NCBI GenBank assembly: GCA_035363155.1
Contig: DAOSEN010000002.1
Coordinates: 209,700-273,699, forward strand
Length of the DNA stretch: 64,000 bases
Origin: Candidatus Cloacimonadota bacterium
GTDB taxonomy: Bacteria; Cloacimonadota; Cloacimonadia; Cloacimonadales; Cloacimonadaceae
Direction: 5' to 3'
Shown here: one piece after another, positions 25,413 to 34,339 of the stretch
Numbering within the stretch: position 1 is the stretch's first letter
How the letters are laid out: each line of letters starts with the position of its first letter
Translations under genes and position numbers: made by a program
The notes under the pieces: model-generated
What the model was told of the DNA's origin: nothing
The model's database searches: none
What the model saw: only the letters and a program-made list of their open reading frames with translations

Positions 25413-28319
25413 GTGGAGAACAATATGAAAGTAGATTCAATAAACAAATTCTTAGTAGGAGTCCTCTTCCTGACCCTGTCCTTTGCCTTGGCGGCTCAGA
25501 CTTCCGTCACCACGGTGGAGGACTTGTGGAATGTGAGAAACAACCTGACTGGAACGTACCAGCAGAGCGGGGATATAAATCTGGAAACCACGAATCCCAG
25601 TAAAATCAACGATTGGGATACAGGTACCCTGTACGTCGTTGGGAATATCATCAAATACACCGATGGCTTTGCCTACTATTGCAAGCAAAACATGAGCGAT
25701 AACACCGGTTCTCAAGATCCTGGTACTACCGCTTACTGGACCAAAATGTGGGAAGCCGCCAAAGGCTGGGAACCCATCGGCAGAACTTCCGGCACTGGTT
25801 CATTCCGGGGTGTGTATGATGGCAACAACAAGATCATTTACAACCTGTACATCAATCGTGGCGCTTCCGCTGTAGCGGACAACGTATATCCTACAGACGG
25901 TGAAGACAACAACGGCCTGTTTGGCTATGTCGAGAATACCTCCACTTATAACGTATTCATAAAAAACCTGGGGCTCATCAACCCTAACGTTACTGGACGC
26001 AGAGCGACTGGCTCTCTTGTAGGGCGCGTGCTACTCCCTTTGACAACCCCCGCCCGCTCCTACACGGTATACATTGAAAGATGCTATGCTATACAACAAG
26101 GAGAAGGTACAGCCACGGTAACAGGCTTTGGCGCTACTGGCGGCCTGGTAGGCGCAAACAACAGCAATGCGAAACAAAGGGTTCCCGTAATTCGTTTGTC
26201 TTACGCCAGAGTGACTGTCTCTGCCACGCATCCTACAAACTACACGCCAAACCCCAATGACAGGGTGGGTAATACCTCAGTTTACAATCCCTACAACATT
26301 AAATACGGTGGCTTGGTAGGTTGTAACGAAAACGGTGTGACCCAGGATAGTTTTGCCAGAGGCAATGTCTCTGGAGGCGACCGCGTTGGCGGTCTGGCAG
26401 GATGTACGATCGGTGGTGCGATCTTCCGCAGCTATTCCACTGGGACTGTGACCCGGAACATAGAACCAGGAGGATCGTTACCAAATTACGAAGGCGGTAT
26501 TGGAGGACTGGTGGGTAGAACGTCAGGTTCTCTGCCTCCTGGCTTGGGTGGCACCAACGCCACTGGCTCCTGTGAAAACTGCTTCTGGGATACAGAGACC
26601 TCTAGGATTGCAACCTCACCTGGTGGTACGGGTAAAACAACTACGCAGATGAAAACCCAATCCACTTTCACAAACTGGGATTTCACCAACATCTGGAATA
26701 TCACCAGCGGTATCAACGACGGCTATCCCTTCTTTATCGGTAGCCCGGTGGTGGAGTTCTACTATCGTTCCAAAGCCTCAGGAGACTGGAATAACAAAGA
26801 CAAATGGCAATATACCTCTACTCCTGCCACAGAAACATCATGGGTTGATGCTGTCGTTACCCCGGATGAGAGTAATTCCATCAGCATCCAGATCCGGGTG
26901 AACCATACCATGACCGTCACTCAGGATGTGCGCATCGATGCCACGATCATAGATGCTGGGGGCAGAGTTACTGTTGCCAGCGGTAAAACCCTTTATGTAG
27001 ATAATGGTGTAGGCCCTGATCTTACGGTCAATGGTGTCCTGGAGGTCACGGGAACCTTGGTCGCCGGAATCAATACTACCATACCATTCGGTATCGGTTC
27101 CGAACTGATCTACAATGGCAGTGCAGCGCAAACCACGGGAGACCATCTCTACAGCTCTATCGATACAAACTATGAACCCCCGATCAAAACCCTGCAAGTG
27201 AGCAGACTCACTCTCAATAACTCTGCCGGATTGACATTCACAAACCCAATCGAAATCCTCGAGATTTTCCAGGTACTAGGCGGCAGTTACGCTCTGGAGA
27301 GTGGGGTTCAAATCGATACCGATGGAGTGTATTCACCCACTGTAAAATACTTCAAATTCGACGATACTGGCTACAATATCCTGAACTATTCTGCAGAAGT
27401 ATCTCAACCCGATCTGTATCCAGACTTTGTGGATCGTCAATGGTCGATCACTGGAAACATCAATGATGCATCCTCTGGCAATCGCACCAAACAGATCACA
27501 TTCTATTGGACATCGGTAGATGATCAAGACTTTGACTGGGCAGGTTTAAGCGTAGCTCCTGCAGTATATGCAGGGATCACAAAGCTCACTACTGTTAGCT
27601 ACGATGTTAGCTCCTCTCCACGCAGCATCACAGTCGATTATACTTTCCCCAATAGCAAGGGCGGCAGCAAGGAAACCTTCAAAATCGGCCGGGATGACGA
27701 CCAAACCCTGCCCGTGCAGCTATCTTCCTTTACTGCTATGATCACCGCACAGATGAAAGTCAGGCTGAATTGGGTAACCCAGACCGAAACCAATGTAGCC
27801 GGATTCAGCATCTATCGTGGCACTACTGATGAATTGGGTAATGCAGAGCAGCTAAACGTATTCATTCCCGCCACCAATACTTCTCAGACCCAGTACTATA
27901 TGTTTACCGATGATGAGTTGTATAATAGCGGCACCTATTTTTACTGGCTTGAAAGCAGAGATTTCGATGGCAGCGGTGACCTCTTCGGCCCTGTTACGGT
28001 AGTACTGGAAGTTACAGAAGATAACACTCCGGGAATCCAGATCGTACGCGGCCTGGACAAGATCTATCCTAATCCCTTCAATCCCAGCACTACGATCAAA
28101 TTCGGAGTCACAAATGACTCTCCCACCCGCATCCAGATCTACAATATGCGGGGACAGCTAGTGCGTGACCTGATGGATAGACAGCTCAAAGCCGGGAACT
28201 ACAGCGTGGTGTGGGATGGCAAAGACAACTTGCAACGCAACCTTCCCAGCGGCAACTACTATCTGCGGATGCAGAGTGGTAAAGATGTATTCAATGGCAA
28301 ACTAACCCTGATGAAATAG
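25413..28319 (+). CDS. Secreted GLUG-motif protein with a T9SS C-terminal sorting domain
   Basis: Repeated GGLVG / GGLAG motifs, and TQMKTQSTFTNWDFTNIWNI. The C-terminus is IYPNPFNPSTTIKFGV...IQIYNMRGQLV...GNYYLRMQSG...KLTLMK. The start could instead be the MKVDS codon at 25425. Confidence 0.8.
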   Translation: MENNMKVDSINKFLVGVLFLTLSFALAAQTSVTTVEDLWNVRNNLTGTYQQSGDINLETTNPSKINDWDTGTLYVVGNIIKYTDGFAYYCKQNMSDNTGSQDPGTTAYWTKMWEAAKGWEPIGRTSGTGSFRGVYDGNNKIIYNLYINRGASAVADNVYPTDGEDNNGLFGYVENTSTYNVFIKNLGLINPNVTGRRATGSLVGRVLLPLTTPARSYTVYIERCYAIQQGEGTATVTGFGATGGLVGANNSNAKQRVPVIRLSYARVTVSATHPTNYTPNPNDRVGNTSVYNPYNIKYGGLVGCNENGVTQDSFARGNVSGGDRVGGLAGCTIGGAIFRSYSTGTVTRNIEPGGSLPNYEGGIGGLVGRTSGSLPPGLGGTNATGSCENCFWDTETSRIATSPGGTGKTTTQMKTQSTFTNWDFTNIWNITSGINDGYPFFIGSPVVEFYYRSKASGDWNNKDKWQYTSTPATETSWVDAVVTPDESNSISIQIRVNHTMTVTQDVRIDATIIDAGGRVTVASGKTLYVDNGVGPDLTVNGVLEVTGTLVAGINTTIPFGIGSELIYNGSAAQTTGDHLYSSIDTNYEPPIKTLQVSRLTLNNSAGLTFTNPIEILEIFQVLGGSYALESGVQIDTDGVYSPTVKYFKFDDTGYNILNYSAEVSQPDLYPDFVDRQWSITGNINDASSGNRTKQITFYWTSVDDQDFDWAGLSVAPAVYAGITKLTTVSYDVSSSPRSITVDYTFPNSKGGSKETFKIGRDDDQTLPVQLSSFTAMITAQMKVRLNWVTQTETNVAGFSIYRGTTDELGNAEQLNVFIPATNTSQTQYYMFTDDELYNSGTYFYWLESRDFDGSGDLFGPVTVVLEVTEDNTPGIQIVRGLDKIYPNPFNPSTTIKFGVTNDSPTRIQIYNMRGQLVRDLMDRQLKAGNYSVVWDGKDNLQRNLPSGNYYLRMQSGKDVFNGKLTLMK

Positions 28320-28340
28320 TCAAACTCAAGCTATATACCA

Positions 28341-28372
28341 AAACCCCGGGAGTTTATTCTCGGGGTTTTTTT
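28341..28372 (+). terminator. Intrinsic terminator
   Basis: AAACCCCG-ggagtttattct-CGGGGTTT followed by TTTTG. Confidence 0.8.
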
Positions 28373-28403
28373 GTTTGATCGCTTGATTTTATCATAGCGG
28401 TCT

Positions 28404-28776
28404 GTAACATAGGCTTTTAGCCTGTTGTGCTGTGGGGTTTTCTAACCCCGCGACAATGTAACATAGGCTTTTAGCCTGTTGTGCTGTGGGGTTTTCTAAC
28501 TCCGCGACAATGTAACATAGGCTTTTAGCCTGTTGTGCTGTGGGGTTTTCTAACTCCGCGACAATGTAACATAGGCTTTTAGCCTGTTGTGCTGTGGGGT
28601 TTTCTAACCCCGCGACAATGTAACATAGGCTTTTAGCCTGTTGTGCTGTGGGGTTTTCTAACCCCGCGACAATGTAACATAGGCTTTTAGCCTGTTGTGC
28701 TGTGGGGTTTTCTAACCCCGCGACAATGTAACATAGGCTTTTAGCCTGTTGTGCTGTGGGGTTTTCTAACCCCGCG
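28404..28776. repeat. Tandem array of 7 x 54 bp (last copy 49 bp); each unit carries two hairpins
   Basis: The unit is GTAACATAGGCTTTTAGCCTGTTGTGCTGTGGGGTTTTCTAACCCCGCGACAAT. Copies start at 28404, 28458, 28512, 28566, 28620, 28674 and 28728. Copies 2 and 3 carry C to T (AACTCC), which keeps a G-U pair in the second stem. Confidence 0.95.
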
Positions 28777-28789
28777 TTTTTGCTGGATC

Positions 28790-28872
28790 GCAAGCGTCCC
28801 CGTTTGCTACAGACCCGAAGGGGCACAAAAGACACGTCCTCCGGACTCGTGGACACGAGACGTGTCCAATCC
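28790..28872. repeat. Hairpin repeat related to 19700-19775
   Basis: GGACACG-aga-CGTGTCCAATCC and its upstream GC-rich hairpins share a core with 19745-19773. Confidence 0.55.
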
Positions 28873-28906
28873 TCAGAGGTTCCTCTGGTTGGAAAACCAG
28901 AGGATA

Positions 28907-28931
28907 CAACAGGCTAAAAAGCCTATGTTAC
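28907..28931. repeat. Inverted partial copy of the 54-bp unit
   Basis: CAACAGGCTAAAAAGCCTATGTTAC is the reverse complement of GTAACATAGGCTTTT(T)AGCCTGTTG. It overlaps the last codons of the antiporter gene. Confidence 0.85.
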
Positions 28932-30140
28932 GAGTTCCGGTGCTTTTTGTATGACTGCCGGGTCGTGGCGCACCAGCAAGCGCTGCCCGTAGCGCTTGAT
29001 CAGGATCAATCCCAATGGCGCACTCAGGCAGATGGACATCACCGCCAGGGCCAGGATCACTCCTCCTTCTGCCACACCCAGGGCCAGGGGAATGGAGCCC
29101 AGAGCAGCCTGCACCGTGGCTTTGGGCAAATATGAGATCACGCAGAAGAGCTTTTCCCGCCGGTTCAATCTGGAGAAAGCAGTAGCCAGCAGCACTCCTG
29201 CCGATCTCGCCATCAGGCCTATACAGATCACGAGCAAGCCTTTTAGTCCTGCTTCCTTCAAACTGGCAGGATTCAGAGACATCCCGATCAAGACAAACAG
29301 CACAATCTCCGCAAAGATCCAGATTTTTCCCAGCTTGGCGGAGATCTCTGCGGCAATCTTGTTTTGCCGTTCGAAGAGGATGTACCCGATCGTCATTGCC
29401 CCCAGAAACGAGGCAATCTGATAATGATCACCGATTTCGATCATCACCAGGCACAAACCCAGTAATACGATGATCTTTTCGGTAGCCCGGATTTGTTTGA
29501 TCTTGTGAAAAAACCACACGATAAAGAAGCCAAATCCCAAGCCCAGCAGGATGCCCATAATGATCGAAAAAGGGATTTGCAAAAGGTCGCTGGCGCCAAA
29601 ATTTCTGCCCCCGCTGTAGATCCGGGAAAACACCGAAAACATGGTGATTGCAAATACATCATCCAAGGATGCCCCTGCCAGCACAATCGTGGGCACTTGT
29701 TTATTCGTGCCATAGCCCATTTCTTTGAGGTTTAGCATGGAGGGTACGATCACGGCTGGTGACACTGCCGACAGCATAAATGCTGCCATACCGGATACCG
29801 CATAGGGGAAATGAAAGATGCCGCGAAAAGCAAAGAACAAGATGCTGCCTTCCGCCAGACACGGCAACGCCGCCATCAGCAAAGACGTGATCCCCGTTTG
29901 TTTGAGGATTTTGCGGTTGATTCCCAAGCCTGCCCGCAGCAGAATCACCAAGAGGGCAAAGGTCTTCAGGAAAGGCTCCACGCCTGCCAGGGAAGGGGGT
30001 AAACGCTGCTCCAGCAGCAATCCTAAAAGGATACCGGATGCCAACATTCCCAATACCTGGGGCAAGCCCAGGCGCCCCGCTAAGCGGCTGCCCAACCACC
30101 CCATCAGCAGGATGGCGGCAAAAACAGTGCTAAATGACAT
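28923..30140 (-). CDS. Cation:proton antiporter (CPA family Na+/H+ exchanger)
   Basis: 405 aa, 11-12 TM segments, typical sodium/hydrogen-exchanger-like composition. Confidence 0.7.
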   Translation of the reverse strand: MSFSTVFAAILLMGWLGSRLAGRLGLPQVLGMLASGILLGLLLEQRLPPSLAGVEPFLKTFALLVILLRAGLGINRKILKQTGITSLLMAALPCLAEGSILFFAFRGIFHFPYAVSGMAAFMLSAVSPAVIVPSMLNLKEMGYGTNKQVPTIVLAGASLDDVFAITMFSVFSRIYSGGRNFGASDLLQIPFSIIMGILLGLGFGFFIVWFFHKIKQIRATEKIIVLLGLCLVMIEIGDHYQIASFLGAMTIGYILFERQNKIAAEISAKLGKIWIFAEIVLFVLIGMSLNPASLKEAGLKGLLVICIGLMARSAGVLLATAFSRLNRREKLFCVISYLPKATVQAALGSIPLALGVAEGGVILALAVMSICLSAPLGLILIKRYGQRLLVRHDPAVIQKAPELVT

Positions 30141-30549
30141 GTAAATCTCCTTCGTATATTGTAGGAGTCATCAGCACTAGGCGGTTTTGGCGAACTCCAT
30201 CACCAGAATATTATAGATTCAAGTGGATCACCTATTTTAGCCTTGATTTTTGTCAAGAATTCCATTGTTGTACCACATTGTTGCTCCATTGCTTCCATTG
30301 TCAAGAATTTGTAAAACTATAAAGTGACAACGAAAACTGCAAATTGTGCAGCGAAATCTGCAAACTGCCGCATCGTAGGATATCCTTACTCATCCTTTCC
30401 CAGACCCTTTTAGGTAGTCTTTGACAGGATTTCTGCAAGTCACATCTCGGATTTCTACTTGAATAAGCACTATTGAATTGGGATTATCTGTAAATGGCTC
30501 TCTGCATTCTCTTGGTTCTGTACTTTCGGCGCTACGGCGAGCGCCGGTA

Positions 30550-32422
30550 GTGCGCCTGTGCGCATTGCAGATCAGATCGGTGGAAGTCCGATTCAGGGTA
30601 ACGTCAAGCCCTGTAGCTGAAGGTAACTGCGTCACCGTGAGGTGGGGTGGAGAGCAACCGGAAGCGAACGACCAGTCCGTAGGATAACGAACTCGATTCG
30701 GCATGATAAGCTGTCGAGCCTACTACCGGAAGGTGAAGACTAAGACCTGGAAAGAGCCAACGGGTGGAACTGAAACGCATTTCCAGGAAAACCTGATCGG
30801 TTGAATGACGTAAACGATAGAAACCAGATCAGGAGCTATCTTGTGGTTGGAGACGGAATGGTCAGTAAGGTATGCAGTGTAAAGCAGGGAGACCTGCCGA
30901 TGGACAAGAGAGATCGGCAGGAGTCAGAGTGCTCATAGTAGCGATGATCTTCGGGACAACATAACCCGAAAGGAGTCAAGGGGCACAGGAAAACAGATTT
31001 TGAAAGGAGTACAGATGGAAGACCAACGATCGTCAGTGCCAGAAAAGGCTAAACAAGAACGAGAGATCCCCGCCCAATGGGCATGGGTCGAACCATTGGT
31101 ATGGACTGACAAAATGCTGGCAGCTCTCGGCAAGGGAGTCAAAGGTGGAAAATGGTTCAGTCTGATCGACAAGGTGTGGTTTCTACCAAACCTGGAATCA
31201 GCCTGGAAGCAAGTGGCGGCAAACCGTGGTAGTGCAGGTATTGATAACATCAGTATCAAGCATTACAAACGGCACGCTGCAGAACGTCTGAACCGAACGT
31301 CTGAGCTGCTTAGGCAAGACAAATATCGTCCAGCCGGTGTAAAACGGGTATGGATAGATAAAGCCGGCAGCAAAGACAAACGTCCATTGGGGATACCAAC
31401 TGTCACTGACAGAGTGGTACAAACCGCACTACGCAATGTCATAGAACCAATCTTTGAGCAAGACTTCTGCGAATATAGCTATGGCTTCCGTCCCCGAAGA
31501 TCATGTAAAGACGCACTCAGAAGAGTCGATGGACTACTGAAGCAAGGATACAGATATGTGGTGGACGCCGATATCAAGGGGTATTTTGACAATATCCCCC
31601 AAGATAAGCTGATGCTATTAGTAGAGAAGAAGATCGCTGACAGCCGCATTCTGGCCTTGCTGAATCTTTATCTTTCACAGAAAGTAATAGATACAGCAGC
31701 AAGCTGGACACCGGAAGCAGGCACACCTCAAGGAGCGGTGATCAGCCCTCTATTGGCCAACATCTACCTTGATCCTCTGGATTGGCTGATGCTGAACAAA
31801 GGGTACCCAATGACACGCTATGCGGATGATTTTGTGATCCAATGCAAGACAGAAGAAGAAGCAACACAAGCCTTGGAAACAATCCGAATCTGGACACAGG
31901 AAGCAGGTCTAACCCTGCATCCAACGAAGACGAAGATCGTGGATACTGAAACTGATATCTTTGAGTTCCTGGGATACATGTTCAAGCAGGGGATGAAGTT
32001 CCCTTCAGACAAAAGTATCAAGAAGTTTAGAGATAACATCAGGAAACACACCAAACGCTGTAACGCACACAGCCTACAAACCATCATCGAGCGGATCAAA
32101 CCGATCCAAAGAGGATGGTTCGAGTACTTCAAACACGCTCACAAAAACAGTTTCCCCGGGGAAGACGGTTGGGTAAGGCGCAGGATTCGCAGCATCCTCA
32201 AGAAACACGAGAAACGCAGAGGAATAGCTACAATGCAAGATAACTTCCGCTATCCCAATGCCATCTTTGATAAACATGGGTTCTTCTCTATGGTCAGAGC
32301 CCATGCAGAATTATGCCAGTCTCTTAGATGAGATACCTGTTTTCTGGAGAGCCGTATGCGGGAGAACCGCACGTACGGTTCGGAGGGAGGGGAGCCAGTA
32401 ATGGGAACTCCCCTACCCCTAT
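30550..32422 (+). mobile_element. Group II intron (bacterial IIC-like), about 1.87 kb, with an internal RT/maturase ORF
   Basis: 5' GTGCG at 30550, 3 nt after a hairpin. Domain V GAGCCGTATGCGGGAGAACCGCACGTACGGTTC at 32349-32381. The domain VI stem has a bulged A at 32415, 7 nt before the ...CCCCTAT 3' end at 32422. Confidence 0.85.
31000..32331 (+). CDS. Group II intron reverse transcriptase/maturase (no endonuclease domain)
   Basis: RT blocks RPLGIPTVTDRVVQ, QGAVISPLLANIYL and YADDFVIQC. The X/maturase region is PIQRGWFEYFKHA. The protein ends without an HNH motif. Confidence 0.9.
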   Translation: MKGVQMEDQRSSVPEKAKQEREIPAQWAWVEPLVWTDKMLAALGKGVKGGKWFSLIDKVWFLPNLESAWKQVAANRGSAGIDNISIKHYKRHAAERLNRTSELLRQDKYRPAGVKRVWIDKAGSKDKRPLGIPTVTDRVVQTALRNVIEPIFEQDFCEYSYGFRPRRSCKDALRRVDGLLKQGYRYVVDADIKGYFDNIPQDKLMLLVEKKIADSRILALLNLYLSQKVIDTAASWTPEAGTPQGAVISPLLANIYLDPLDWLMLNKGYPMTRYADDFVIQCKTEEEATQALETIRIWTQEAGLTLHPTKTKIVDTETDIFEFLGYMFKQGMKFPSDKSIKKFRDNIRKHTKRCNAHSLQTIIERIKPIQRGWFEYFKHAHKNSFPGEDGWVRRRIRSILKKHEKRRGIATMQDNFRYPNAIFDKHGFFSMVRAHAELCQSLR

Positions 32423-32499
32423 CAACCCACAGCCCCATGTTTAGTCAAGATTTTGTCATTATTAAATGGATACTGTATTAATGTGTCTAAAATGTCAGG

Positions 32500-33111
32500 C
32501 TACTTCCCGTTTTTTACCATCAACTCCAGGCATAGATTCGCCTGCCAGGCAGCCACAAGTACCACACGTGGGGCAATAGGAGCTACCCCTGGGCTTAATT
32601 GAGTCTGTTGATCGCCAATTATATGGAGATTGCCGCAGGATTCCTGACGGATGAGATCACTATTGCCATATCCTGCCAGTCCAGATGCCACGATCAGGGG
32701 TTTATCAGGGTAGGATTGCAGCCAGGTATCCACCAGCATGGCTTTGGCCTCGTCTCTGTCCAAAGCTTCCAGCATGATGTCCACTCCGCCAAAGATTTGG
32801 GGGATATTCTGTGGATCCAGCCTGACCTGATGGATCTGCAAATCAATGAAGGGATTGAACTGCAGGATGTTATCCTTCAGGGCTTGGACCTTGCTGTGAC
32901 CCACCTGCGCCAGGCTAAACGCCTGACGATTGAGATTGGAGACACTCACCACATCAAAATCGGCAATGATGATGGTGCCGATCCCAGCCCGGGCCAGGAG
33001 GTTGGCGATATTGGAGCCCAAGCCTCCGGCTCCGGCGATGCCTACTACGGCTTTCTGCCAGATTGGAAATGCCTGGGGGTCTCTTTCTACAAAGTATTCT
33101 TCCGGCTTCAT
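32500..33111 (-). CDS. thiF: ThiF-family adenylyltransferase (short E1-like)
   Basis: VGIAGAGGLGSNIANLLARAGIGTIIIADFDVVSVSNLNRQ. 203 aa. Confidence 0.75.
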   Translation of the reverse strand: MKPEEYFVERDPQAFPIWQKAVVGIAGAGGLGSNIANLLARAGIGTIIIADFDVVSVSNLNRQAFSLAQVGHSKVQALKDNILQFNPFIDLQIHQVRLDPQNIPQIFGGVDIMLEALDRDEAKAMLVDTWLQSYPDKPLIVASGLAGYGNSDLIRQESCGNLHIIGDQQTQLSPGVAPIAPRVVLVAAWQANLCLELMVKNGK

Positions 33112-33857
33112 GGTTTGAGGGTGAGATTTATCTCAGCGCTGGGATCAACGCCCTTGAGGTTCTTTACCAAAGCTTGCAGCACGTCCCGCAGGAGTTCCTG
33201 CACAAAGGGTACGATCACGATCTCCTTGCCATTGGCGGTGAGGATTACCTTTTTATCGGCATCGAGAGTGCAGTCCTGCCTGGTTTTACGTCCCTGGACG
33301 ATCTCCCCTGCCATCTGATTGCAAGTGATGCCGCAAGCGCAGCAACACTCAGGATCAGCCATGGGCAGGATCTCGAAAGTGGATGCCAGTACGTGGTTTA
33401 CCAGGTCATCCAGATCATCTTGCAAGCAATACACTTTCAGGTCCTTATAGCTCTTTGCTGTAGCAGCTATCAGTCCTGATATCCCGATGCATGTATCATC
33501 AACAAGCTCATCGAGCTGGCTCATGGATTCTGCACATACCAGCTTGGGCACAGCAGCATTTTTCATGCCTTCGATGATCAGGTAGTCAGCTTCTATCAGG
33601 CGTAGCATTTCCGGTAGATCCAGAGGCTTGGGAAAGATCATGGCAGTATCATGCAGCCCACGGGCAAAGGTGGATACAGCTCCGGCTTCGATATGCAGGG
33701 CTGAGTTCTTTCCGGGAGTATCGGCACGGAAAGCCTCGCTGTGGATGTCCTTGATCGTGGCACAACTAAAACCCCTGGCCGTGAGAGCTTTCACCAAAGC
33801 TGTTACCAGGGTAGTCTTTCCCGTGTGGTGATATCCGATTACCGCCAGAGCTTTCAT
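33108..33857 (-). CDS. MobB-like P-loop NTPase with a Cys-rich C-terminal extension
   Basis: N-terminus MKALAVIGYHHTGKTTLVTALVKAL. The extra ~80-aa C-terminal region contains PECCCACGITC. There are 4-nt overlaps with both neighbours. Confidence 0.55.
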   Translation of the reverse strand: MKALAVIGYHHTGKTTLVTALVKALTARGFSCATIKDIHSEAFRADTPGKNSALHIEAGAVSTFARGLHDTAMIFPKPLDLPEMLRLIEADYLIIEGMKNAAVPKLVCAESMSQLDELVDDTCIGISGLIAATAKSYKDLKVYCLQDDLDDLVNHVLASTFEILPMADPECCCACGITCNQMAGEIVQGRKTRQDCTLDADKKVILTANGKEIVIVPFVQELLRDVLQALVKNLKGVDPSAEINLTLKP

Positions 33858-34336
33858 GCCTGGGGATCCTTATCGATCAGAAGTATCGCCGTGGCACTGA
33901 TCCCCTGGCCTTCCCCTGATACGCCAAGACCCTCTTCGGTAGTGGCTTTTACGGAGATTTGAGACAGCTCGCAGCCCAGATCCTCAGCAATCCTCACGCG
34001 CATCAGATCTATATATGGTCTCAGCTTGGGCGCAGCGGCACAGATTGTGGCATCAAGGTTCACGATGTGGTAGCCATTCTGTAGCAGGATTGCACCACAA
34101 TCTCTAAGCAGGATGCGGGAATCGATATCCTTGAAGGCAGGATCCTGATCGCTATACCGGGCTCCGATATCTCCCATAGCCATTGCCCCCAGGATGGCAT
34201 CACAAATGCTATGGATCAGCACATCAGCATCGGAATGCCCCAAAAGCCCCTGATCAAAAGGGATCTCCACTCCACCCAGGATCAGCTTCCGGCCTGGGGC
34301 CAGACGATGCACGTCGTAACCATGCCCGATCCGCAT
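33854..34336 (-). CDS. ispF: 2-C-methyl-D-erythritol 2,4-cyclodiphosphate synthase
   Basis: MRIGHGYDVHRL...GHSDADVLIHSICDAILGA...DIG. Confidence 0.92.
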   Translation of the reverse strand: MRIGHGYDVHRLAPGRKLILGGVEIPFDQGLLGHSDADVLIHSICDAILGAMAMGDIGARYSDQDPAFKDIDSRILLRDCGAILLQNGYHIVNLDATICAAAPKLRPYIDLMRVRIAEDLGCELSQISVKATTEEGLGVSGEGQGISATAILLIDKDPQA

Positions 34337-34339
34337 ACG

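Noticed and set aside
28404-28776. Possible CRISPR array
   Set aside because: The 54-bp period is entirely repeat sequence with no unique spacers. No cas genes or leader are nearby.
28392-28856. 154-aa minus-strand ORF with an 18-aa repeat (GLENPTAQQAKSLCYIVA x7)
   Set aside because: It is the passive translation of the 54-bp (18-codon) tandem DNA array. It has no SD or credible start context and lies between two convergent genes after a terminator. The nucleotide-level hairpins and the structure-preserving C to T change argue for a DNA/RNA element, not a protein.
31000-32331. The reverse transcriptase as part of a retron, DGR or defence-associated RT system
   Set aside because: The RT sits inside a complete group II intron RNA (5' GTGCG, domain V, domain VI) and has a maturase X domain. 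No template/variable repeat pair or msr/msd-like structure was seen.
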